In this document: in pieces, positions 18,040 to 26,969 of the stretch
Layout of the letters: every line of letters begins with the position of its first letter
Numbering within the stretch: position 1 is the stretch's first letter
Source of the DNA: Acidimicrobiia bacterium
GTDB taxonomy: Bacteria > Actinomycetota > Acidimicrobiia > Spongiisociales > ZC4RG35
Assembly: GCA_035513335.1 (NCBI GenBank)
Contig: DATKCE010000031.1
Location: 20,971 to 84,970, forward strand
DNA: 64,000 bases
Direction of reading: 5' to 3'
Translations under genes and position numbers: made by a program
The notes under the pieces: model-generated
The model's database searches: none
What the model saw: the letters and a program-made list of their open reading frames with translations, nothing else
What the model was told of the DNA's origin: nothing

Positions 18040-19062
18040 CTAGGCGAGGAACCAGCTGGCTTCCCGGTAGGTGTCCAGGTCGAGGTGGCGAGGCTCGGAG
18101 ACGGCCTCCGCCATGTCGACGGGGACGATGCGTTTGCCCCGGAGGGCTACCATCACCCCGCTGCTCCCCTCCATTGCCAACTCGGTCGCCTGTACCCCCA
18201 TGCGCGTGCCGAGCATCCGGTCGAATGCGGTGGGAGTCCCGCCACGCTGGAGGTACCCCAGGATCGTCGGTCGGGTCTCGTACGTGGTGAGACGCTCGAT
18301 CTCGGACGCCACTTCCTGGCAGACCCCCCCGATCCGGGTGAACCCGTAGGGATCGATGCCCGTCTCCGAGATGGCGCCTCCCGGGTCCGGCGTCCCCTCC
18401 GCCACCACCACCACGGAATAGTCATGTCCCGATTCGTGACGGTTGACGATCCTGCGGGCCAGGTCTTCGTAGTCGACCTCCACCTCTGGCACGAGGATCG
18501 CCTGGGCCCCTCCGGCCATTCCTGCCGCGGCGGCGATCCATCCGGTGGTGCGACCCATCACCTCGATCACCATGATCCGGTTGTGTGACTCGGCCGTGGT
18601 GGCCAGCCGATCGATGGCGTCGACGACGATCTGGACTGCGGTGTGGAACCCGATGCTTACGTCGGTACCGCCGATGTCGTTGTCGATTGTCTTCGGGACT
18701 CCGACGATGGAGAGACCCTCCTTCTCCAGGCGGATGGCCGTCCGCAGCGACCCGTCCCCTCCGATCACCACCAGGGCGTCGATCTCGTGCCGTTCCACCG
18801 TGTTGCGAATCGACTCGTGGCCGTCGCCGTGCTCGTAAGGGTCCTTGCGCGATGTTCCCAAGATGGTGCCACCCTTGCCCACCACGCCCCGCACGTCGTC
18901 TCTGGTCATCGGGCGGGTTGCCCCCTCCATGAGGCCGGCCCAGCCCTCCTCGATACCGACGACCTCCCGTCCCTCGGCCGTGGCCCTGGTCACCACGGCC
19001 CGGATGGCGGCGTTGAGGCCCGGGCAGTCACCTCCTGCGGTGAGGACTCCGATCGAGCCCAT
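18040..19062 (-). CDS. pfkA: 6-phosphofructokinase
   Basis: GGDCPGLNAAIRAVV, VIGGDGS, PKTIDNDI and MGR motifs; 340 aa. Confidence 0.9.
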   Translation of the reverse strand: MGSIGVLTAGGDCPGLNAAIRAVVTRATAEGREVVGIEEGWAGLMEGATRPMTRDDVRGVVGKGGTILGTSRKDPYEHGDGHESIRNTVERHEIDALVVIGGDGSLRTAIRLEKEGLSIVGVPKTIDNDIGGTDVSIGFHTAVQIVVDAIDRLATTAESHNRIMVIEVMGRTTGWIAAAAGMAGGAQAILVPEVEVDYEDLARRIVNRHESGHDYSVVVVAEGTPDPGGAISETGIDPYGFTRIGGVCQEVASEIERLTTYETRPTILGYLQRGGTPTAFDRMLGTRMGVQATELAMEGSSGVMVALRGKRIVPVDMAEAVSEPRHLDLDTYREASWFLA

Positions 19063-19187
19063 CAGTTATTCGTCTGCGTCACGGGTGAGCGATTGTAGGA
19101 GTTGTGCGGTTGCCGCTCGGATCTCGCGACACAACAGGGGCTTTTGGCCCTGGACGACTCGGGTCGGGGGTAGTATGTTCCGAGACT

Positions 19188-19321
19188 GAAGAGCCCGAGG
19201 TGTGAGAACGGGTACCAGGTGACTGCCTGGTTGAGACCGAGACCATAGGATTTTCGGGACCGTAGAACCTGAACCGGCTGATACCGGCGTAGGAACTCAT
19301 TCATCGGGCTCTTCTTTTTTT
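19188..19321 (+). ncRNA. candidate structured small RNA / leader element, unassigned family
   Basis: 11-bp long-range helix GAAGAGCCCGA (19188..19198) with TCGGGCTCTTC (19304..19314), enclosing hairpins ACCAGG-6nt-CCTGGT (19214..19231) and CCGG-6nt-CCGG (19274..19287). Followed on the plus strand by T7 (19315..19321). Local GC clearly below the window average. No long credible ORF. Confidence 0.3.
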
Positions 19322-19418
19322 CTCTTCTCCCCTGTGCCGGTCTCGGTCCTGTCTGATCGGGCTTCCGCCCCGAGGGGATCGGGTCCTGCGACCGTAGCCT
19401 TCACGCCGGGGGATGAGC

Positions 19419-19880
19419 TCAGTCGCCGGCCGGAATGTCGACGTTGAAGGCGTCGAACAAGAGCTCTGCCCCTGACTGGCGATGAAGAGTCAGCCGTACG
19501 AGGAGAGCGTTCACCCGGCGCCGAAGCATCTGCGTGGACCAGTCGGCGCTCATGCTCGTTGCTCGATGACAAGCCGACTCCAGAGACCGATGCTCGTCGC
19601 GAAGAGTCTCCACCGCGGCGTGCAGGTGTGGCGCCCGGTCGAGGATTTCGGTGAACAGGCCGTCCTCCGCCTCGACCTGGGAGGTGTGGTCACTCAGTGC
19701 CGCTTCCAGATGTGAGAGGGCGGTCTCGATCTCGATCCTCCAATCGGCGGCGCCACTGGGCCGGGCGACGGCCCGCTCCAGATCTGTCATGGCGTCGTAG
19801 AGCTCCTGGCGCCGGCTGGCCACCTGGTCATGGGTTTCGATCGACGGCCAGGTGATGTCGTCTGCTCGAAATTCGCTCAT
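19419..19880 (-). CDS. hypothetical protein
   Basis: start taken at Met65 (MSEFRADD) of the track ORF; the upstream extension is a Pro/Ser/Arg-rich high-GC artefact. No family recognised. Confidence 0.45.
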   Translation of the reverse strand: MSEFRADDITWPSIETHDQVASRRQELYDAMTDLERAVARPSGAADWRIEIETALSHLEAALSDHTSQVEAEDGLFTEILDRAPHLHAAVETLRDEHRSLESACHRATSMSADWSTQMLRRRVNALLVRLTLHRQSGAELLFDAFNVDIPAGD

Positions 19881-19947
19881 AGCCGCGATGATGCGGCACC
19901 CAGGTCGCCGGAGAAGGGCACAATGGCCCATTCTTCCAGCCGTTCGG

Positions 19948-20322
19948 TCAGGCTCCCCGGGTGAGGTTCTCGAAGAGCAGGGGCTCGGTGGGGGCGAGCA
20001 GGAGGACCTCGCCGTCGGTCGACATCCAAAGATGAGGGCCGGCCTTGAGCCAGGCGCGACGGGGTAGGGCATCGAGGTTGCGTCGTTTCCGAGCCGTGGG
20101 GGGGACGTAGACGAGGACTTCCGGCGCCGGAGCGCCCAGAGCCTCTATCGAACCTGCCAGGTCGTAGCTACCGAACAAGGCAGCCATGGCCTCCGCAGGG
20201 TCCACGGCTCCGCGGTCGGAGAGCCAGTCGACCGACCCGCACCCTTCGCATGCCGCGACTGCAATCCTTCCCACCCATACCGGTTTGTGCTCGCACCACT
20301 GGTTGGTGTCCATGTCCGACAA
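19948..20322 (-). CDS. hypothetical Cys-containing protein
   Basis: 124 aa; WCEH ... CEGCGS cysteine cluster near the N-terminus. No family recognised. Confidence 0.45.
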   Translation of the reverse strand: MSDMDTNQWCEHKPVWVGRIAVAACEGCGSVDWLSDRGAVDPAEAMAALFGSYDLAGSIEALGAPAPEVLVYVPPTARKRRNLDALPRRAWLKAGPHLWMSTDGEVLLLAPTEPLLFENLTRGA

Positions 20323-20453
20323 CTTACGACAGGGGTGGGACAGAATTCGTGCCGACCCAAGAGTCCCCGTGGATAGGGGACTTTCGGCCGTAGTGGGACA
20401 CTGCGGCTGGGCCGATGATGTGGAAACAGATGCCCATACCTGAGGAGGATGAC

Positions 20454-20834
20454 ATGGAACTCAGAGAGTTGGTCAGTGGCGAGATCGAGACCATCGCCGT
20501 GGAGGCGAAGGCCATCGATGCCGCCATCCAAATGCAGCGTGCCGGTGTCGGCTCGCTGGCTGTGATGGCCAAGGACGACTTCAGCGGGATCTTCACCGAG
20601 CGCGACGTCCTCCGTCTGGTCGCATCGGGCGAGGACGCGGCCTCGGAGACGGTCGGGGAATGGATGACGATGTACCCGGACTCCTTCCTGCCCGACATGG
20701 AGGTCAGTGAGGCCGCCGAGTGGATGCTCGCCGCCGGGTATCGGCATCTCCCGGTGATGGACGAGGGGCGTCTCCTCGGCATGGTGTCGATCAAGGACAT
20801 CCTCTGGGCGCTCAGCGGAGACGCGGTCGGTTGA
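20454..20834 (+). CDS. CBS domain-pair protein
   Basis: two CBS motifs (GIFTERDVLRLV; RHLPVMDEGRLLGMVSIKDILWAL). Confidence 0.8.
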   Translation: MELRELVSGEIETIAVEAKAIDAAIQMQRAGVGSLAVMAKDDFSGIFTERDVLRLVASGEDAASETVGEWMTMYPDSFLPDMEVSEAAEWMLAAGYRHLPVMDEGRLLGMVSIKDILWALSGDAVG

Positions 20835-20835
20835 C

Positions 20836-21300
20836 ATGGATGAGCTGACCCGTGAAGAGGCCATGGAGGTCCTCGAGCGCGAGTATGTCGCCCATCTCGG
20901 GGTGATCGCCGACGAGGCTCCCTACGTGACCCCGATGTCCTACGTGGTCGACGAGAGTCGGATCCTGTTCCGGACGATGCCGGGAAGGAAGCTGGAAGGG
21001 ATCCGCTCCAATCCGTCGGTGTGTATCGAGGTCTCGCGGTTCGACGGAGAGACCGGGGACTGGGTGAGTGTGATCGTGCGGGGCACGGCGCGTCTCGTCG
21101 AGGACCCGGACACGAGACAGCAAACGGTCGTCCGGCTCTTCGAGAAGTACGAGAAGGTAATGGGATCTCCACTATCCCGCAGTGGCGGACTGGTGCCTCT
21201 CGGGGGTGACCCGCAAGTGATCGAGGTGCCCATCGACCACATCTCAGGTATGTCATCGGGGCGCGGCATGCATGTTCGCACCAAGCCGGGAAGGCTCTGA
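20836..21300 (+). CDS. pyridoxamine 5'-phosphate oxidase-family (FMN/F420-binding split-barrel) protein
   Basis: PNPOx-like split-barrel signature (EVLEREYVAHLGVI ... RILFRTMPGRKLEGIRSNPSVCIEV). Confidence 0.75.
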   Translation: MDELTREEAMEVLEREYVAHLGVIADEAPYVTPMSYVVDESRILFRTMPGRKLEGIRSNPSVCIEVSRFDGETGDWVSVIVRGTARLVEDPDTRQQTVVRLFEKYEKVMGSPLSRSGGLVPLGGDPQVIEVPIDHISGMSSGRGMHVRTKPGRL

Positions 21301-21757
21301 GTTGTTCGTCGAGTACTCGACCAAAGTCGAGGCCACCCTGTCGGATGTGGAGAAGAGCCTCGATCGGCTACGTTCCAGCCTCGAGGAGTGGGCTGACATC
21401 GCCTACCGGGAGGGTGAGCAGCTGAGGGCACGAGTCGGTCCGTCGGCGAGCATCGCCCGCGAGGTGAAGCTGGAGATCGGCGGGGCCGAGATCCATCACT
21501 CCGGGCTCGTCTATCCCATTCATTGGACTGCTAACGGGGCGGGTCTCCTCTTCCCCGAGTTGAATGCGGACCTGATCCTGTCGAAGGCTGGATCCCATGT
21601 AACCCATCTGACCCTGCGCGGGACCTACCAGCCGCCTCTGGGATCCCTGGGCCGGCTCGCCGACCGGGTGGTGCTGGGCAGGGTCGCCGACGCAACGGTC
21701 GCCGACTGGATGGAGCGGCTCGCCAAGGCGCTCAGTTCCGAGGCGGCGCCTCGCTGA
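21272..21757 (+). CDS. hypothetical protein
   Basis: 161-aa ORF; start uncertain (overlaps the preceding gene by 29 nt; TTG near 21304 possible). C-terminus converges on and overlaps the histidine-kinase gene. Confidence 0.45.
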   Translation: MFAPSREGSELFVEYSTKVEATLSDVEKSLDRLRSSLEEWADIAYREGEQLRARVGPSASIAREVKLEIGGAEIHHSGLVYPIHWTANGAGLLFPELNADLILSKAGSHVTHLTLRGTYQPPLGSLGRLADRVVLGRVADATVADWMERLAKALSSEAAPR

Positions 21758-22856
21758 CCGGGAAGCGCACCTCCACGGTCGTTCCCACTCCCGGTTCGCT
21801 CTCTACCTGCATGGTGCCCCCGAGACCGTACGCCCGGGTCCGGATGTTGGCCAGGCCCATCCCCATCGAGGTGTGAGCGGCGTCGAAACCGATGCCGTCG
21901 TCGACGACACTCAGGACCAGTTCCCCTCCCGCGCGCCCCAGTCGGATCTCGACGTTGTCGGCGTGCGAGTGTCGGAGGGCGTTGGACAGGGCCTCGGTGA
22001 CGATGAGGAGCAGCTCGTCGTCGGAATCCCGGCTCTGGAACTCGTCGAGGGTCAGTCGCACGCTCGCCGGGTAGACCGCACCCATCCGGGCGACCAGCGT
22101 TTGGATTCGTTCGTCGAGCCCGGCGGCGGGCCGGGCCGTGTCTCGCAACTCGAACACGTATCGACGCAGCCGATTGACCGCCTCGTCGAGGGTGTCGATC
22201 GACTTGTCGAGGACCTCGGCGATCCCGAGGTCGGCCACTTGTGAGGTGAGGCCCTGCAGACCGAGACCGACGGCGAACAGGTCCTGGATGACGGAGTCGT
22301 GCAGATCGCGGGCGATGCGGTGACGATCCTCCATGACGGCGACGTGGCGGAGTCTCGTCTGGAGACGGGCGGTCTGGACGGCCGCACCGGCTATGCGCCC
22401 CAGGGCCTGGACGACCGCGACGTCCTCGTCGGTGAACCCGCCTTCCTTGTCGGCGAGATAGAGGTTTCCGAACGTCTCGCCACCCACGGACACCGGGACG
22501 CCCAAGAACGTCTCCATGGGGGGGTGGTGCTCCGGGAAGCCGACGGCGTCGGGGTGGTCCGCGATCGACTCGAGGATGATGGTCTTGTTCTCCCGGATCA
22601 CCGTTCCCAGCACACCGCGTCCGGTGGGCAGGTGCCCGATCCGATCGGCTTCCTCCTTGGTTATCCCCTGGTAGACGAAGTCAGAGAGGACCTGATGGTC
22701 ACCGAGCACGCCCATCGCCACGTAGGGGGCGTCCGTGGCGGCCATGACCTCTGCCACCAGGGTGCGGAGGACCCGGCCCAGATCCGCCTCACCTTCGACC
22801 GCGGCTGCCTCGGCGATGAGAGGCGCGATGCGGCTCAGTTCGCGCCTGTCGGTCAT
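21732..22856 (-). CDS. GAF-domain sensor histidine kinase (HisKA_3/NarL-partner type)
   Basis: N-terminal GAF domain; H-box DRHRIARDLHDSVIQ; HATPase_c G-boxes (DDGIGF, GMGLANI). Start at Met23 (MTDRREL). Confidence 0.85.
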   Translation of the reverse strand: MTDRRELSRIAPLIAEAAAVEGEADLGRVLRTLVAEVMAATDAPYVAMGVLGDHQVLSDFVYQGITKEEADRIGHLPTGRGVLGTVIRENKTIILESIADHPDAVGFPEHHPPMETFLGVPVSVGGETFGNLYLADKEGGFTDEDVAVVQALGRIAGAAVQTARLQTRLRHVAVMEDRHRIARDLHDSVIQDLFAVGLGLQGLTSQVADLGIAEVLDKSIDTLDEAVNRLRRYVFELRDTARPAAGLDERIQTLVARMGAVYPASVRLTLDEFQSRDSDDELLLIVTEALSNALRHSHADNVEIRLGRAGGELVLSVVDDGIGFDAAHTSMGMGLANIRTRAYGLGGTMQVESEPGVGTTVEVRFPVSEAPPRN

Positions 22857-22883
22857 GATGCGACGATAACCCCGGCTAGCGTG

Positions 22884-23558
22884 ATGGCCATGGCGCTGCG
22901 AGTATTGCTGGTCGACGATCACGAGGTCGTCCGCGCCGGCTTGAAAGCCCTCATCGACTCCCAGGACGACATGACGGTCGTCGGAGAGGCGGGTACCGCC
23001 GAGGATGGGGTGCGCCGAGTGGGATTCGACGAGCCCGACGTAGTGGTGCTCGACGTGAGGCTGCCCGACGGCAGCGGTGTGGAGGCATGCCGCGACATCA
23101 GGGAGCGCTTCCCTGACGTGAAGGTGCTCATGCTCACCTCAGTCGCCGATGAGGAGGCGTTGATGGCGGCGATCCTCGCCGGAGCCTCGGGATACGTGTT
23201 GAAGCGCATCAAGACCGAAGACCTCATCGGCGACATCCGCAAGGTGGGATCGGGGGAGTCGCTGCTCGACCCGGAGATGACAGACCGTCTGTTCCAGCGC
23301 TTACGGGCCGGGTCGTCCGAGGACTCTCTGCTCGGTCAACTCACCAAACAGGAGCGAACGATCGTCGAGCACATCGCCGACGGCCTGACCAACAAGCAGA
23401 TCGCCGACGAGATGTTCCTGGCCGAGAAGACCGTCAAGAACTACGTCTCCAACGTCCTCGCCAAGATGGGGATGAGTCGGCGCAGCGAGGCCGCCGCCTA
23501 CGTGGCTCGGGTCCAGGCCGAGAAGGAGTCCTCGGACCTGCCTGAGAGTTGGAACTGA
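22884..23558 (+). CDS. NarL/FixJ-family response regulator (REC + LuxR HTH)
   Basis: LLVDDHEVVRAGL ... DVVVLDVRLPDGSG receiver; LuxR HTH LTKQERTIVEHIADGLTNKQIADEMFLAEKTVKNYVSNVLAKMG. Divergent from the kinase with only 27 bp between start codons. Confidence 0.9.
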   Translation: MAMALRVLLVDDHEVVRAGLKALIDSQDDMTVVGEAGTAEDGVRRVGFDEPDVVVLDVRLPDGSGVEACRDIRERFPDVKVLMLTSVADEEALMAAILAGASGYVLKRIKTEDLIGDIRKVGSGESLLDPEMTDRLFQRLRAGSSEDSLLGQLTKQERTIVEHIADGLTNKQIADEMFLAEKTVKNYVSNVLAKMGMSRRSEAAAYVARVQAEKESSDLPESWN

Positions 23559-23559
23559 C

Positions 23560-23967
23560 TCACACCGGCTCCAGGACGATTACCGGGATCTCGTCCCGGA
23601 TGGTCCTCTGCTCGTACTCGGCGAAGAAGGAGTAGTCCGACTTCTGGCGCTCCCAGATGGGCGTCCTCTCGTCGCCGTGCAGGACCCGTGCCCGCACCTG
23701 GATCTCGTCGGTTCCCACCTCGATGGTGGTTTCGGGATGGGCCCGCAGGTTGTGGTACCAGTCGGGGTTGGTGTCGGCGCCGCCTTTGGAGGCGAAGATG
23801 GCATAGCCTCCCTCGACTTCTTGGTACATCAGTGGCGTCACCCGCTCGATTCCCGTCCGGGCCCCGCGATGGTGGAGCAAGAGCAGGGGCCTGCCCTCGA
23901 ACGAGCCGCCCATCTGGCCCCCACCGGCCCGGAACTCGTCTATGACGCGGGCATTCCTGTCACTCAT
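23560..23967 (-). CDS. deazaflavin(F420)-dependent nitroreductase family protein (DUF385)
   Basis: N-terminal motif IDEFRAGGG ... LLLLHHRGARTG typical of the F420H2-dependent reductase family. Confidence 0.8.
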   Translation of the reverse strand: MSDRNARVIDEFRAGGGQMGGSFEGRPLLLLHHRGARTGIERVTPLMYQEVEGGYAIFASKGGADTNPDWYHNLRAHPETTIEVGTDEIQVRARVLHGDERTPIWERQKSDYSFFAEYEQRTIRDEIPVIVLEPV

Positions 23968-23989
23968 GTCGAGGATGGAGTTGGCTGAG

Positions 23990-24499
23990 TCATAGCTCGA
24001 TGATGGGCATCTCCATGGTGTCCTCGATCCGAGCGCCGGGTACCAGCAGGACAGGGAGATGTGAGTTGACCATGACCCTCGCCGAGACGCTCCGCCAAGC
24101 CTCCTCGGTGAAGAGTCGACGGGTGGCCCCCATGACCACCAACTCGGCGTTCACCCGCGACGCGGTCTGGATGATGGCCTCGGCGGGGTCGTCACCGTCG
24201 ACGAAGTGGACGTCGGACTCGATCTCCTCCGCAGCCAAGGAGGCACATATCGGATCGACGGCGCGTCGGCCCCTCTCCTCCAGGTACGCAGCCGCTTTCT
24301 CCTCCTCGGTGGAGCCCTGATCAGGGGCGTCGTCCAGGAACGATCGTCTCACATCGTCGTCGAGGGACTCGAGGAACGACCGGGGCACTCTGATGACGGT
24401 CATCACCGATACCGACGTCTCGTCGCCGATCAGCTGTCGGCAGAACTCTGCGGTGGGAGCCGCGGGCAACACGCCAGTCGTGGCTATGAGGATCCGCAC
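23990..24499 (-). CDS. universal stress protein (UspA family)
   Basis: Usp fold with the C-terminal ATP-binding motif VVMGATRR ... VNSHLPVLLV. Confidence 0.85.
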   Translation of the reverse strand: MRILIATTGVLPAAPTAEFCRQLIGDETSVSVMTVIRVPRSFLESLDDDVRRSFLDDAPDQGSTEEEKAAAYLEERGRRAVDPICASLAAEEIESDVHFVDGDDPAEAIIQTASRVNAELVVMGATRRLFTEEAWRSVSARVMVNSHLPVLLVPGARIEDTMEMPIIEL

Positions 24500-24537
24500 C
24501 GCGGGAACATTAGGGTTGGCTGACCGGATAGGCAGAG

Positions 24538-25041
24538 GTGAAAGTGGACCCAGATCTCATCAACAACGTCACGTTCAAGATCCCGAACGCATTGGCCCTG
24601 ATCGGTTCGGCGTCGGGGGAGGAGTGGAACGGGATGACCGCCAGCTGGATCACCCAGCTCTCGATGGAGCCGGTGATCATCGGAGTCGGCATCGACAACA
24701 AGGCGGTGACCCATCGCCTGATCTCTGAAAGCGGGTCGTTCACCGTGAATCTCTGGTCGTCGGAGGACACCAGGCCTTTCGTCAAGTTCTCCAAACCCGC
24801 CGAACGTGACGGAGACACCCTCAACGGCCGTCCGGTGACCACCGCTACCACCGGTGCGCCGGTCTTCGAGGAGGCGATCGCCTGGATGGACTGTGAGGTG
24901 AGGCAGGCGATCAACCTGGGGACCCACACCCTGTTTCTCGGTGAGATCGTCGACGCCGCGATCAACGACGCCGACCAACGCGCCGCCGCCATCTCCGACA
25001 CCCGCTTGAAGTACGGCGGCGTCAAACGCGGCGGTCAATAG
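24538..25041 (+). CDS. flavin reductase family protein (FMN-binding split barrel)
   Basis: flavin-reductase-like domain (GMTASWITQLSMEPVIIGVGI ... HTLFLGEIVDA). Confidence 0.85.
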   Translation: MKVDPDLINNVTFKIPNALALIGSASGEEWNGMTASWITQLSMEPVIIGVGIDNKAVTHRLISESGSFTVNLWSSEDTRPFVKFSKPAERDGDTLNGRPVTTATTGAPVFEEAIAWMDCEVRQAINLGTHTLFLGEIVDAAINDADQRAAAISDTRLKYGGVKRGGQ

Positions 25042-25053
25042 GCAGGAGGGGAC

Positions 25054-25830
25054 ATGGACGTATCGGTAGAGGGCAAGGTCGCCCTGGTCACCGGGGCGAG
25101 CCGTGGCATCGGCCAGGAGACGGCCCGGGAGCTGGCGGCCAGCGGCGCCAGAGGCGTCGTCATCACTTCCCGCAAACAGGAGAACGTCGACCAGTCCCGC
25201 GCCGAGTTGATCGACGCCGGCGTCTACGGGGAGAAGGTCTTGGCGCTGGCGGCCCGGGCCGACGACGAGGAGGCGGCCCACGAGGCGGCCCGGGCGACGG
25301 TGGAGACCTTCGGCTCTTGCGACATCCTGGTCAACAACGCCGGCACCAACCCGGCCTTCGGCAACCTCAGGGAGGTTGACCTGGGAGCGCTCGACAAGAC
25401 CTGGGCCGTCAACATGCGGGCTCCACTGCTCTGGGTCCGGGCCGCCCACGCCGCGTGGATGGGCGAGCATGGCGGTGCGGTGGTCAACGTGGCCTCGGTG
25501 GCCGGTCTTCGCCCCAGCCCGCTCATGGGCGCTTACAACGTCTCCAAGGCCGGCCTGGTGCACATGACCCGTCAGCTCGCCCTGGAGCTCGCCCCCGGGA
25601 TCAGGGTGAACGCGGTGGCTCCGGCTGTGGTCAAGACCCGTCTCGCCGGACTCCTGCTGGAAGACGAGCAGACCACTGCCGCCATGCATCCCCTGGGCCG
25701 GGTGGGCGAGCCCGAGGACGTGGCCCGTCTCATCGTCTTCCTCGCCTCCGACGCCTCGAGTTGGATGACGGGGGCCGTCGTCCCCGTCGACGGGGGCGTG
25801 ACCGGGGCCGGTTCGTCCGGCATCTCGTAG
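25054..25830 (+). CDS. SDR-family short-chain dehydrogenase/reductase
   Basis: TGASRGIG cofactor motif; NNAG; catalytic YNVSK. Confidence 0.9.
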   Translation: MDVSVEGKVALVTGASRGIGQETARELAASGARGVVITSRKQENVDQSRAELIDAGVYGEKVLALAARADDEEAAHEAARATVETFGSCDILVNNAGTNPAFGNLREVDLGALDKTWAVNMRAPLLWVRAAHAAWMGEHGGAVVNVASVAGLRPSPLMGAYNVSKAGLVHMTRQLALELAPGIRVNAVAPAVVKTRLAGLLLEDEQTTAAMHPLGRVGEPEDVARLIVFLASDASSWMTGAVVPVDGGVTGAGSSGIS

Positions 25831-26969
25831 TGGCTCATCCCGCGCCCGATCCCGACCTGGCGTTTCGCTATCTGACCGGAGAGACCGGAGACGCGGCGCT
25901 GCTCGAGCACGCCGCCAGGTTGCGCGACGACGGTAAGGGGCGTGTCATCACCTACAGCCGCAAGGTCTTCATCCCTCTCACGACGTTGTGTGTCGACCGC
26001 TGCTCGTACTGCACCTTCGCAAAGTCTCCGGGGGCGGGGGGCGTGTACCTGGAGCCCGAGGAGGTGTTGGCCGTGGCCCGCGCCGGCGACGCCCACGGCT
26101 GTACCGAGGCGCTCCTCACGCTGGGCGATCGCCCCGAAGAGAGATGGCCTCAGGCTCGTGAGTTCCTGGACGCGAAGGGACATCAGACGACCATTCAATA
26201 CGTGGCGGAGATGTCGACCCTGATCCGCACGGAGACGGGTTTGTTCCCCCACGCCAACCCGGGTCTGCTCTCGGAAGACGACTTCAAGCTCCTCCGGCCC
26301 ACCAATCCCTCGATGGGGATGATGCTGGAGAACATCTCACCCCGTCTCACCGAGCCCGGGATGCCGCATCACGGGACGGTCACCAAGACGCCCTCCAAGC
26401 GGGTGGCAACCATCGAGGCGGCGGGGAGGCAGAAGGTCCCGTTCACCACCGGGATCCTGGTTGGGATCGGGGAGAACAACCGTGAGATCGTGGACTCCTT
26501 GTTCGCATTGCGTGATCTCGCCGCGGGGACAGGAACCATCCAGGAGGTGATCGTCCAGAACTTCCGGGCCAAGGCCGACACCCGGATGCGCCACAGCGCC
26601 GAGCCGGTGCCCCGTTGGTTTGCCCGGGTGGTGGCGCTGGCTCGATGGATCATGGGGGCCGGGGCCAACATCCAGGTGCCGCCCAACCTCACCGAGGCCT
26701 ACGAGATCTACCTCGACGCCGGGATCAACGACTGGGGTGGGGTGTCACCGTTGACCATCGATTGGGTCAACCCGGAGGCGCCGTGGCCGCATCTCGACGA
26801 GCTGTCGGCGCGGACAGCGACCGCAGGGTTCGAGCTGCGTCCGAGGCTTCCGGTCTATCCCGAGTACATCGATGAGGAATGGATAGATCCCCGCTTGGTT
26901 GTCGATGTCAGAGCCGCGAGCGACCAAGATGGCCTCGCCGCAATCGGTTCTATGCCAGGAGTGCGATGA
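25830..26969 (+). CDS. cofG: 7,8-didemethyl-8-hydroxy-5-deazariboflavin (FO) synthase subunit CofG
   Basis: radical-SAM CVDRCSYCTF. GTG start overlaps the SDR stop (TAGTG). Upstream track-ORF extension is a GC artefact. Confidence 0.85.
   Translation: MAHPAPDPDLAFRYLTGETGDAALLEHAARLRDDGKGRVITYSRKVFIPLTTLCVDRCSYCTFAKSPGAGGVYLEPEEVLAVARAGDAHGCTEALLTLGDRPEERWPQAREFLDAKGHQTTIQYVAEMSTLIRTETGLFPHANPGLLSEDDFKLLRPTNPSMGMMLENISPRLTEPGMPHHGTVTKTPSKRVATIEAAGRQKVPFTTGILVGIGENNREIVDSLFALRDLAAGTGTIQEVIVQNFRAKADTRMRHSAEPVPRWFARVVALARWIMGAGANIQVPPNLTEAYEIYLDAGINDWGGVSPLTIDWVNPEAPWPHLDELSARTATAGFELRPRLPVYPEYIDEEWIDPRLVVDVRAASDQDGLAAIGSMPGVR

Noticed and set aside
19062-19304. 80-aa minus-strand ORF upstream of pfk
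   Set aside because: It lies in the lower-GC structured region and has no recognisable homology. The purine-rich stretch before its ATG is better explained as part of the RNA structure or leader.
25455-25829. N-terminal 125-aa extension of the cofG track ORF, and similar extensions at 41718..41975 (M16 peptidase), 46967..47770 (LLM oxidoreductase) and 22299..22883 (response regulator)
   Set aside because: The extensions overlap well-supported upstream genes, are Arg/Gly/Pro-rich, and conserved family N-termini with plausible start codons exist downstream.
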